This document shows positions 40,437 through 48,717 of a stretch of DNA of 64,000 bases, piece after piece. The notes beneath the pieces were generated by a model that saw nothing but the letters and a program-made list of their open reading frames with translations, had not been told where the DNA came from and did not search any database. This DNA comes from an uncultured Verrucomicrobiae bacterium. GTDB lineage: Bacteria > Verrucomicrobiota > Verrucomicrobiia > Chthoniobacterales > Chthoniobacteraceae. How positions within the stretch are numbered: position 1 is the first letter of the stretch; every line of letters begins with the position of its first letter. The position numbers and the translations under genes were made by a program. The stretch is from positions 1,056,001 to 1,120,000 of the forward strand of contig CAVYKI010000003.1 in the NCBI GenBank assembly GCA_963769025.1. Direction: 5' to 3'.

Positions 40437-41506
40437 ATGCAAACCCAGCACACCCGAACAAGCCCAAGCCCAACTCGAAGCCCATCTCCAGGAAATCATC
40501 GCGTGGCATTTCTCGCCGGAGACCGGCTGCCCGTTCTGGCTCGATTGGGCGAAGAAGAACTTCGACCCGCGCACGGAGATCAAGAGCTTCGCCGACATGG
40601 TGAAGTTCCCGCACTTCGAGGACGAATGGCTGCGCGACCTGCAGCCCGAGGTCTGGGTGCCGGCGGAGTTCAAAGGCAAACCCTTCAACATCTTCGAGAC
40701 CGGCGGCACGACCGGCATGCCCAAGCAGCGCATCGGCTGGGAGGACTACAAGACGGACTACTCCGAGTTCTCGCGAGAAGATCTCCGACGAGCATTTCCC
40801 GCGCGGCGGCGCGTGGCTGATGATGGGCCCGACCGGCCCGCGCCGGCTGCGGCTCGCCATCGAGCATCTCGCGCATGTGCGCGGCTCGTCGTGCTACTTC
40901 ATCGACCTCGACCCGCGCTTCGTGAAGAAGCTGATCTCGAACAAGCAGTTCGACGTCGCGAAGCAGTACATGGAGCACGTCGTCGATCAGGCGGCGATGA
41001 TCCTGAAGCACCGCAAGGTGAGCGGCCTTTTCACCACGCCGAAGCTCCTCGAGGCGCTCGCGGAGAAGGTGGACATCTTCGAGGCCGGCATCCGCGGCGT
41101 CTTCTGCGGCGGCACCACGATGCTCCCGCAATACGTGCGCTTCATCGTCGAGGAAGTGCTGGAAAACCGCATCGGCTTCTACCCGACCTACGGCAACACG
41201 CTCATGGGCCTCGCCGCCAGCGTGCCGCTCACGCCGGAGGACAATTTCTCCATCACCTACTACGCCCCGCAGCCGCGCGCCGTGCTGCGCGTCGTCGATC
41301 CGAAGGACACCGCGAAGACCGTGGACTACGACACGTGGGGCCGCGTCGAACTGACCACGCTGACGAAGGAATTCTTCATGCCGCGCTTCCTCGAGCGCGA
41401 CGAAGCGCTCCGCCGCAAACCGCGCGCGCCCTACGCGTGGGATGGCGTCGCCGAAGTGCGGCCGTTCGGCGCGATGGAGAAGACGATCGTCGAGGGCGTT
41501 TACTAA
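40437..41506 (+). CDS. GriC/EhpF-like adenylate-forming (ANL superfamily) protein; apparent +1 frameshift near 40774
   Basis: WHFSPETGCPFWL N-terminus, FETGGTTGMPK P-loop, YGNTLMG, GRVELTTL...ERD; YSEFS|EKISDEHFP joins the two ORFs. Confidence 0.7.
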
Positions 41507-41618
41507 AAGCATCGGCTGTCGACCTCCGAGGCAACTCCGCTCTTGCCAGCGTGCAGGTCCGTGCGGATATTCCGCGCCCTTTTTCCACCCGTAAAAAATC
41601 CCGACGAATCCGACGACT

Positions 41619-42176
41619 ATGGCCAACGCTAACGACCTCCGCAAAGGCATGTGCATCCGCTACAACAGCAACCCGGCCATCGTGCTGGAGATCATGCACC
41701 GCACGCCGGGCAACCTGCGCGCGTTTGTGCAGGTGATCATCCGCTACATCGGCACGGGCAAGAGCGCGGACATCCGCTTTGGCTCGACGGACAAGGTAGA
41801 GCAGGTCGAGGTGGAGCGGAAGAAGCTGGATTTTTCCTACAAGGATCACGGCGGGTATCAGTTCATGGACCCGGAGACTTTTGAGACGATTACGTTCGAC
41901 GAGTCGTTCGTGGGCGACGCGAAGGACTACCTCTCGGAAAATCAGCGCGTGGAAGTTCTCTATGTGGAGGGCAAGGCGGCGAGCATCGAGCTGCCTTCGA
42001 CCGTCTTTCTCACCGTGACGGAGTCCGCCGAAGGCGTGAAGGGCGACAGCGCGAACAACGTCCAGAAGCCCGCCGTGCTGGAGACGGGAAAGACGGTCAC
42101 CGTTCCGCTCTTCATCAAGGAAGGCGAGAAGATCAAGATCTCGACGGAGAACGGCGAGTATCTCGGCCGCGCGTAG
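41619..42176 (+). CDS. efp: Translation elongation factor P
   Basis: ANDLRKGM, FMDPETFE, KPAVLETG...VPLFIKEGE...YLGRA. Confidence 0.95.
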   Translation: MANANDLRKGMCIRYNSNPAIVLEIMHRTPGNLRAFVQVIIRYIGTGKSADIRFGSTDKVEQVEVERKKLDFSYKDHGGYQFMDPETFETITFDESFVGDAKDYLSENQRVEVLYVEGKAASIELPSTVFLTVTESAEGVKGDSANNVQKPAVLETGKTVTVPLFIKEGEKIKISTENGEYLGRA

Positions 42177-42179
42177 CCG

Positions 42180-42205
42180 GTAGGGCGCTTTCGCCGAAAG
42201 CGCCC
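42180..42205 (+). repeat. GTAG-type REP (family B)
   Basis: GTAGGGCGCTTTCGCCGAAAGCGCCC. Confidence 0.85.
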
Positions 42206-42296
42206 ACGCATCGAGGCGGAAATTCCCCCTCGCGCTCGCATCGGGGCTGCAGCATTTCGCTCGCCTCTCGGCTCGGCGCGCTGCGATGGTTTGCGG

Positions 42297-44141
42297 ATGC
42301 GTCTCCTCCTTTCCGCATCCCTCGCCGTTTTCGCCCTCACAGCAGGCCCGTGCATTTTTGCAGCGGATGACTTTGTCGAATCGCCCGATCACCGGGTGAA
42401 CGAGAGCATCCCGCATGGGACGGTCACGCCGATGCCGCCGTGGGAATCGAAGGTTTTCGACGGCACGGTGCGCGACTGGTGGGTGTATGTGCCGGCGCAG
42501 TTCAAGCCGGACGGCTCGGCGGCGGTGATGGTTTTCCAGGACGGGCACGACTACGTGAACGTGAAGGGCAACTGGCGTGTGCCGGTCGTGTTCGACAACC
42601 TGATCGCGAAGGGCGAGATGCCGCCGACGGTCGCGATTTTCATCAATCCCGGCCACGACAAGACGAAGGAAAAGCCGCAGAGCGCGTGGAAAGGGAGCAA
42701 CCGAAGCCTCGAATACGACAGCCTCGGCGACCGCTATGCGAAGTTTTTGCTCGAGGAGATTTTGCCCGAGGTGGAGAAGCAATGGCCGCTGACCAAGGAC
42801 CCGGAGATGCGCGCGATTTGCGGTGCGTCGAGCGGGGGCATCTGTTCGTTCACAGTCGCTTGGGAGCGGCCGGATGCGTTTCGCAAGGTGCTCTCGACCA
42901 TCGGCAGCTTCACGAACATCCGTGGCGGAAACGCGTATCCGTCGCTGATCCGCAAGACGGAGCGGAAGCCGGTCCGGGTGTTCCTGGAGGATTCGAGCGG
43001 CGACGTGAACAACCAGTTTGGCAACTGGCCCATCGCAAACCAGCAGATGCATGCAGCGCTCAAATACATGGGCTACGATGTGAAGTTCGACTACGTCGAG
43101 GGCTACGGGCATAACTCGAAGCACGGCGGCAGCATTTTCCCCGATGCGCTGCGCTGGCTGTGGCGGAAGGAAAAGCACGTGCCGGTGATCGACACGAAGG
43201 GCGACCTCGGCGGCGACATGACGCTGCACCGCCTGCTCATCGAGGGCGAAGGCTGGCAGCCGGTGGTCGAGGGCCTCGCGTTTTGCGACGGGCCAATGAG
43301 CGACGCGGACGGAAATTTCTATTTTTCCGACATGAAGGGCGACGGCGCGGGCATCTATAAAATCTCGCCCGACGGGAAGAAGACGAAGCTCTCGGATGAA
43401 GGCGTGAGCGGGCTGAAGTTTGGCCCCGATGGCCGTCTCTACGCGTGCCAGGGATCCAAGAAGCGGCTCATCGCGATCGATCTGAAAAGCGGCGCGATCG
43501 ACGAACTCGCGACGGACGTGCAGCCGAACGATCTCGTCGTGGACTCGAACGGGCACATCTTTTTCACCGAGACGGGGAAGAAGCAGATCGTCTTTGTGAA
43601 TGCGAAGACGAAGGAGAAGCGGATCGCCGACGCCACACTGAATGAAAAGGGCGAACCCGCGACGAAAGCGGACACCGTGGTCAATGGCGTCAATGCTCCG
43701 AACGGCATCACGCTTTCACCCGACCAGGGCACGCTCGCGGTGAGCGATTACCGCGGCGCGAACGTGTGGACGTTCCGCGTGAACGCCGCCGGCACGCTCG
43801 ACGCGAAGGCGCCGTACATGACCATGCGCCTGCCGATCGATCCGAAGGGCGAGTTCAAGCAGGCCCAACCGCCGCCCTACAATCCCGCGAGCGGCGGCGA
43901 CGGCATGTGCAGCGACGAGCAGGGCCGTTTCTACGTGGCGACGACGCTCGGCGTGCAGGTATTCGATCCGACCGGCCGCATGTGCGGCGTCATCACGCGC
44001 CCGCAACCCGACAAGCCGCTCACGAGCTGCACGCTCAGCGGCGAGGGCCGCGCGTATCTCTACGTGACGAATGGCGACAAGATTTTCCGCCGCAAGGTCC
44101 AGGCGACGGGGAGCATTTTCTACGTCGCGGGGAAAAAGTAG
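42297..44141 (+). CDS. Exported fusion of a Fes-like alpha/beta esterase and an SMP-30/gluconolactonase beta-propeller
   Basis: VMVFQDG, RSLEYD, GASSGG elbow; then DGP..D..G..YFSD, PNDL, PNGITLSPD, GDGM..D. Confidence 0.85.
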   Translation: MRLLLSASLAVFALTAGPCIFAADDFVESPDHRVNESIPHGTVTPMPPWESKVFDGTVRDWWVYVPAQFKPDGSAAVMVFQDGHDYVNVKGNWRVPVVFDNLIAKGEMPPTVAIFINPGHDKTKEKPQSAWKGSNRSLEYDSLGDRYAKFLLEEILPEVEKQWPLTKDPEMRAICGASSGGICSFTVAWERPDAFRKVLSTIGSFTNIRGGNAYPSLIRKTERKPVRVFLEDSSGDVNNQFGNWPIANQQMHAALKYMGYDVKFDYVEGYGHNSKHGGSIFPDALRWLWRKEKHVPVIDTKGDLGGDMTLHRLLIEGEGWQPVVEGLAFCDGPMSDADGNFYFSDMKGDGAGIYKISPDGKKTKLSDEGVSGLKFGPDGRLYACQGSKKRLIAIDLKSGAIDELATDVQPNDLVVDSNGHIFFTETGKKQIVFVNAKTKEKRIADATLNEKGEPATKADTVVNGVNAPNGITLSPDQGTLAVSDYRGANVWTFRVNAAGTLDAKAPYMTMRLPIDPKGEFKQAQPPPYNPASGGDGMCSDEQGRFYVATTLGVQVFDPTGRMCGVITRPQPDKPLTSCTLSGEGRAYLYVTNGDKIFRRKVQATGSIFYVAGKK

Positions 44142-44234
44142 CCGACGACGGCAGGAGGCGGGCGCACTGAAATACGGAGCTCGTAACGCCGCTTGTGGGA
44201 AAAAATCAGCCCGCTTCGTTCCCTCGGCGGCTAC
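44138..44234. repeat. GTAG-type REP doublet (family A, right arm degenerate)
   Basis: GTAGCCGACGACGGCAGGAGGCGGGC ... GCCCGCTTCGTTCCCTCGGCGGCTAC. Confidence 0.8.
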
Positions 44235-44286
44235 GCGCAAGGGCCGCGCCTTCGGCGCGATTCTCGTCGAATCGCGCTCGCCTCAT

Positions 44287-44490
44287 TCACCCGCGCTTCT
44301 TCGGGCGGTTCATCGAGAGGATGCTCGTGCCGCGCGTGATGAGGCTGCCGCCGACGATGAGGCGGCGGACGGGCTTGCCGGTCTTGGGATCGTGCGTCAG
44401 GGCGGGGTCGCTCATCTTTTGGACGAACTCAAACTGCTTCGGCTTCTCGCCGGGTTTCTGGGGGATCGTTTCGTAGAGGTAGGTGGCCAT
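44287..44490 (-). CDS. FmdB-like small protein (zinc-ribbon fold without cysteines)
   Basis: MATYLYE...FEFVQKMSDPALTHDPKTGKPVRRLI parallels FmdB MPxYxY..FE..QxMSD.PL..CP.CG..xRLI. Confidence 0.7.
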   Translation of the reverse strand: MATYLYETIPQKPGEKPKQFEFVQKMSDPALTHDPKTGKPVRRLIVGGSLITRGTSILSMNRPKKRG

Positions 44491-44499
44491 GCGTCCACT

Positions 44500-44525
44500 G
44501 TAGCCGACGACGGAAGGAGGCGGGC
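44500..44525 (+). repeat. GTAG-type REP (family A, single)
   Basis: GTAGCCGACGACGGAAGGAGGCGGGC. Confidence 0.8.
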
Positions 44526-44671
44526 AAACAAATTTCAGCCATCGGGAGCACGATGCCTTTCAGCATTCAGAAGGGAGTGCGTCTTTCCGCGCTCGCGGGC
44601 GGATGCACCTACCTTTGCGCAAGAGTCGTTGCCCGCTTGCCGGCGCGCGCCGTGAGGGTAGCATCCCCGCC

Positions 44672-44737
44672 ATGGTTATTTTTCTGAAGCTCCTCATCGC
44701 TGTCGCGTCGGGCTCGGCGATCTTCGCGCTGCTTTGA
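44672..44737 (+). CDS. Putative 21-aa hydrophobic small protein
   Basis: MVIFLKLLIAVASGSAIFALL*; TTGCCG-16 nt-TAGCAT lies 7 nt before the ATG. Confidence 0.45.
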   Translation: MVIFLKLLIAVASGSAIFALL

Positions 44738-44739
44738 AA

Positions 44740-45180
44740 ATGGCGGCGTTCCGCTATTGGCGCGATCCGGCCTGCCTCGCGGCCTGCGCAGCCTACGCGG
44801 CGAATCGCTGGCTGCTGAAGCCGCACTTCGCGCTGGGGCCTTTCATGCGCGGGCATTTTGCGGACTTCCTGCTCATTCCTGCCGCGCTGCCGCTCGTGAT
44901 CTGGCTTCAGCGGCGGTTCACGTTGCGGAGGCACGACCGTATGCCGACGGGCGGTGAAATCCTGCTGCACCTCGCGATCTGGGCCTTCATCGCGGAGGCT
45001 GTGGGGCCATTTCTCACGCATCGCGGGACGGCCGATTGGTGGGATGTGGCCGCGTATTCCGCGGGTGCGGCGGCGTGTTACGTTTTCTGGAGGTGGCGAG
45101 AAAACCCTTGCCGCGGGGCGCGAACCCCCGTAACTCCCTCTCCTGATGCGCCGCAAAAAATGGCGCGCCCCCTTTCGTGA
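44740..45180 (+). CDS. Hypothetical membrane protein
   Basis: RYWRDPACL...RGHFADFLLIP...IAEAVGP...TADWWDVAAY; several hydrophobic segments. Confidence 0.7.
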   Translation: MAAFRYWRDPACLAACAAYAANRWLLKPHFALGPFMRGHFADFLLIPAALPLVIWLQRRFTLRRHDRMPTGGEILLHLAIWAFIAEAVGPFLTHRGTADWWDVAAYSAGAAACYVFWRWRENPCRGARTPVTPSPDAPQKMARPLS

Positions 45181-45312
45181 CGGTCGCTCGCGCGGATGGG
45201 AACGGAGCCGCCAGCGACCCAGGCATGAAAGCCGGTTGCAGGCGCGGGCGACACGACAATGAAATGGGCTGCCCCGGTGCTCCACGGTGTGCGGACCAAC
45301 GCTGACAAGACC

Positions 45313-45930
45313 ATCCAACTCCAATCCATTCGAATCAATCAACGGATCCGCGCGAAAGAAGTGCGTGTGGTCCTCGCGTCCACGGGGGAACAGCTCGGGG
45401 TGATGAAGCTCCAGGACGCGCTGCGGAAGGCGATGGAACTGGGCCTCGACCTTGTGGAAGTCTCGGCGAACGCAGTGCCCCCGGTCTGCCGCATCGTGGA
45501 CTTCGGCAAGTTCAAGTACGAGCTTTCCAAGCACGAGAAGGAGAAGAAGTCGAACGCGGCTTCGAAGATGAAGGAGATCAAGTTCCGCGTGAACATCGGC
45601 ACGCACGACTACGAGACAAAGTTGCGCCACGCCGAGGAATTTCTCGATAAGGGCAACAAGGTCCGCATGCTCCTGCAGTTCCGCGGGCGCGAGATGGCGC
45701 ACCAGGAGCTCGGCATGGGCATCATGGCGAAGATTCGCAAGAACCTCGAAACCATGGGCCACCCCGAGGCCGAGCCGAAGCTGATCGGCCGTAACATTTT
45801 CATGACCCTCGTCCCGCTGCCCGCCGGAAAACGGAAGCGCCATTTCTTCGGGCCGCACGACATGACCCTCATCGATGAGGATCGGGACGATGAGGACGGC
45901 GACGGCGGCGAAGAAGCGGAGAAGAAGTAG
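45313..45930 (+). CDS. infC: Translation initiation factor IF-3 (probable ATC/ATT start)
   Basis: RINQRIRAKEVRV, LDLVEVS..A.PPVCRIVDFGKFKYE, KEIKFR, FRGRE. Confidence 0.95.
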   Translation: MQLQSIRINQRIRAKEVRVVLASTGEQLGVMKLQDALRKAMELGLDLVEVSANAVPPVCRIVDFGKFKYELSKHEKEKKSNAASKMKEIKFRVNIGTHDYETKLRHAEEFLDKGNKVRMLLQFRGREMAHQELGMGIMAKIRKNLETMGHPEAEPKLIGRNIFMTLVPLPAGKRKRHFFGPHDMTLIDEDRDDEDGDGGEEAEKK

Positions 45931-46282
45931 CGGGGCTTTTGAATGCCGGAGCCTGTGTGCTTCGGCGTCGGTAACGGAGGAGACAGATCCGAGCACGCCC
46001 CCCGTCGCCTCTTCCGGCCCATTCGCGGTCTTGTCTCCGAAACCCGTGGCTTTCTGAAGAGCCTTATGCGGGCGGAATGAACTACGGCACGCAATGAACA
46101 AGGTTTCGGCGTGGCTTTGGAACGGGTTTCCCACGCTCCCAGTGAGGCATGGACTCACGAGACGGCATGCTGCTTTCGGGCACACAGTGGAGCGTTTACC
46201 TTCCTCACCTCAGGTCTTTAGACACTTCAAATGGTCCTCAATTTGATCATCTGGAAGTTTCCTCTTGATTCCAGATACGAGT

Positions 46283-46307
46283 TATCCCAACTATCTCGGT
46301 CGGCTTT
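46283..46307. promoter_or_regulatory. Putative Rrf2 operator
   Basis: TATCCCAACTATCTCGGTCGGCTTT resembles the IscR type-1 site (18 of 25 positions by eye), 2 nt before the Rrf2 ATG. Confidence 0.45.
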
Positions 46308-46309
46308 AG

Positions 46310-46861
46310 ATGAAACTCTCCAAAAAAGGCGAATATGCACTCCGGGCGCTGCTCGACCTGGCCATGGCCCAGGCGCTCGACCGCACTCTCGTGCCACTGA
46401 GCGCGCTCGCCGAGGCGCAGCGCATGCCCGCCACTTTTCTGGAGCAAATCCTCGCCGAGCTCCGGCAGGCCGGCATCCTCTCGAGCACGCGCGGCAAGTA
46501 CGGCGGCTATTCTCTCGCCCGACCGGCCTCGGAAATCCACATCGGCGAAATCGTCCGGCAGATCGATGGTCCGCTCGCGCCCATCGGGTGCGCGAGCGTG
46601 ACGGCCTACGAGCGGTGCTCCTGCCCCGACGAGGCTCACTGTGGCCTGCGCCTCATCATGATGGACGTTCGCAACGCCATCTCGAATGTGCTCGACCGCT
46701 ACACCCTTGCGCAGCTCGCGGAAGTCACGCTCCAGCACCTCCGCCGCGACGGCCTGGTGCCCAAGGTCGTCGAGTTGGTCCGTCACCTCGATCTTTCCAC
46801 CCGCGCAAAGGTCGCGGCGCAAAAACGGCCGGAACCGGTCGAGCCGGAGTTTTGCATCTGA
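46310..46861 (+). CDS. Rrf2 family transcriptional regulator with Cys cluster
   Basis: MKLSKKGEYALRAL, FLEQIL..L...G...STRGKYGGYSL, IDGPLAPIGC...CSC.....C. Confidence 0.92.
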   Translation: MKLSKKGEYALRALLDLAMAQALDRTLVPLSALAEAQRMPATFLEQILAELRQAGILSSTRGKYGGYSLARPASEIHIGEIVRQIDGPLAPIGCASVTAYERCSCPDEAHCGLRLIMMDVRNAISNVLDRYTLAQLAEVTLQHLRRDGLVPKVVELVRHLDLSTRAKVAAQKRPEPVEPEFCI

Positions 46862-46907
46862 AGACACGCCGCGCTGAGGCACCTGAAAGCGCAACGCGAA
46901 CCGCATC

Positions 46908-47900
46908 ATGAACATTTTCCGCCGCCATTTCATCCGCACCACGGTCGTTGCGTCCGCCGCGTTTCTCGCCGGATGCAACCGGGATGAGGCTGGCAAGGAT
47001 GGAGGCCAGCCCGTGCTGCGCGTCGGATTTTTTCCGAACATCACGCACGCGCCCGCGCTCGTCGGCTACCACGAGACGCAGACGAAAGGCGCGGCGGGCT
47101 GGTTCGAAACGCGGACGGGCGTGAAGATCGAATGGTACGCGTTCAACGCCGGCCCGGGCGCCATCGAGGCGCTGTTCACCGGTACGGTGGACATGACGTA
47201 TGTCGGCCCGAACCCCGTCATCAACGGCTACACCCGCGCGCGCGGCATGGACATCCGCGTGCTTTCCGGAGCGGCCCGCGGCGGAGCGGCGCTCGTCGTC
47301 CGCAAGGATTCGCCGCTGAAAAGCGCGGCAAATTTCCGCGGCATTAAAATCGGAACGCCGCAACTCGGCGGCACGCAGGATGTCGCGGCGCGCGCGTGGC
47401 TCATCGCCGGAGGGCTCACGATCACGCAGCGCGGCGGCGACGCCGATGTCATCCCCACGGCGAATCCTGACCAGCTCGATCTGTTCATGCGCGGCGATCT
47501 CGACGCGGTATGGACCGTCGAGCCTTGGGTCTCACGCCTTGAAATGGACGCGGGAGCGCAAATTCTCGTTCAGCAAAAGGACGAACTCACCACGGTCATC
47601 GCCACCAGCAACCGCACGCTCGAACGGAAGGACGAGCTCGTGAAGAAGTTCATCGCCGCGCACAGCGAGCTCACCGCGAAAATCACCGCCGAGCCTGCCT
47701 GGGCCAAGGAGTCCGTCTCCGCTGCGCTCAAAAAGGCGACCGGCAGGCCGATCCCTGCGGCACTGCTCGATCACGCGTGGCCGCGCCTCACCTTCACCAC
47801 CGAAGTGCAGCCTGCCGACTTCGCCCGCTTCCAGCGCGATGCGAAGGCCGCCGGGCTCCTGCCGATGGAGGTCGACCTTTCCAAACTCTTCGCAAAGTAG
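46908..47900 (+). CDS. ABC transporter substrate-binding lipoprotein (SsuA/NMT1-like)
   Basis: LAGC lipobox, VGFFPNITHA, FNAGP, TPQLGGTQDVA, VEPW. Confidence 0.88.
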   Translation: MNIFRRHFIRTTVVASAAFLAGCNRDEAGKDGGQPVLRVGFFPNITHAPALVGYHETQTKGAAGWFETRTGVKIEWYAFNAGPGAIEALFTGTVDMTYVGPNPVINGYTRARGMDIRVLSGAARGGAALVVRKDSPLKSAANFRGIKIGTPQLGGTQDVAARAWLIAGGLTITQRGGDADVIPTANPDQLDLFMRGDLDAVWTVEPWVSRLEMDAGAQILVQQKDELTTVIATSNRTLERKDELVKKFIAAHSELTAKITAEPAWAKESVSAALKKATGRPIPAALLDHAWPRLTFTTEVQPADFARFQRDAKAAGLLPMEVDLSKLFAK

Positions 47901-47919
47901 CGCCAGAATCCTTCGCACA

Positions 47920-48717
47920 ATGAGCCTCGCATCCGAACTCGCAGCGCCGCCGCCGGCCAAAATCCGGCTCGCCGGCGTGAGCAAAAATTTCATCACCAAG
48001 CGCGGCACCGTCCACGCGCTCGACGACATCAACCTCGAAATCGGCGAGGGTGAATTCGTCTGCTTCGTCGGTCCGAGCGGCTGCGGAAAGAGCACGCTCC
48101 TGCGCATCGTCGCCGCGCTGGAGCGGAACTTCACCGGCACCGCCGAGGTGAACGGCAAGATGATCATCGAGCCCGGCCGCGACCGCACGGTCATGTTCCA
48201 AGAGCACGCGCTTTTCCCGTGGCTCGATGTCATCGGCAACGTGCTCTTCGGCCTGAAGCTCAAGCCCGGGCTGACCAACGCGGACCGCGTCGAAGTCGCG
48301 CGCTATTACCTGCACCTCGTCGGGCTCGACGGCTTCGAGCACGCGAACATCCACGAACTCTCCGGCGGCATGAAGCAGCGCGTCGCACTCGCCCGCGCGC
48401 TCGCGCCGAACCCGCGGGTGCTGCTCATGGACGAGCCCTTTGCCTCGCTCGACGCCATGACACGCGAGCAGCTCTACGGCGACATCCAGAAAATCCACGC
48501 CGCGCGGAAAAAGACGATCCTCTTCGTCACGCACAACGTCCGCGAAGCCGTCTGCCTTGGAGACCGCGTGCTGCTCTTCTCGCCGCGCCCCGGGCGCATC
48601 CGCAGGGACTTCAAAGTCACGCTGCCGCGCCCGCGCGAGTTCAATGACGTGGCGATGGCTTCCCTCGCCGCGGAGATCACCGGCGAACTCAAAACCATTC
48701 TCGCACCCGCCAAATGA
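47920..48717 (+). CDS. ABC transporter ATP-binding protein (TauB/SsuB-like)
   Basis: GPSGCGKST, LSGGMKQR, LLMDEPFASLD. Confidence 0.93.
   Translation: MSLASELAAPPPAKIRLAGVSKNFITKRGTVHALDDINLEIGEGEFVCFVGPSGCGKSTLLRIVAALERNFTGTAEVNGKMIIEPGRDRTVMFQEHALFPWLDVIGNVLFGLKLKPGLTNADRVEVARYYLHLVGLDGFEHANIHELSGGMKQRVALARALAPNPRVLLMDEPFASLDAMTREQLYGDIQKIHAARKKTILFVTHNVREAVCLGDRVLLFSPRPGRIRRDFKVTLPRPREFNDVAMASLAAEITGELKTILAPAK

Noticed and set aside
46036..46090. Hammerhead ribozyme (CTGAAGA-stem-GGAA) or group II intron domain V (GAGCCTTATGCG)
   Set aside because: The core reads GGAA instead of GAAA and stems I/III cannot be formed; the domain V 3' strand is missing and there is no RT ORF.
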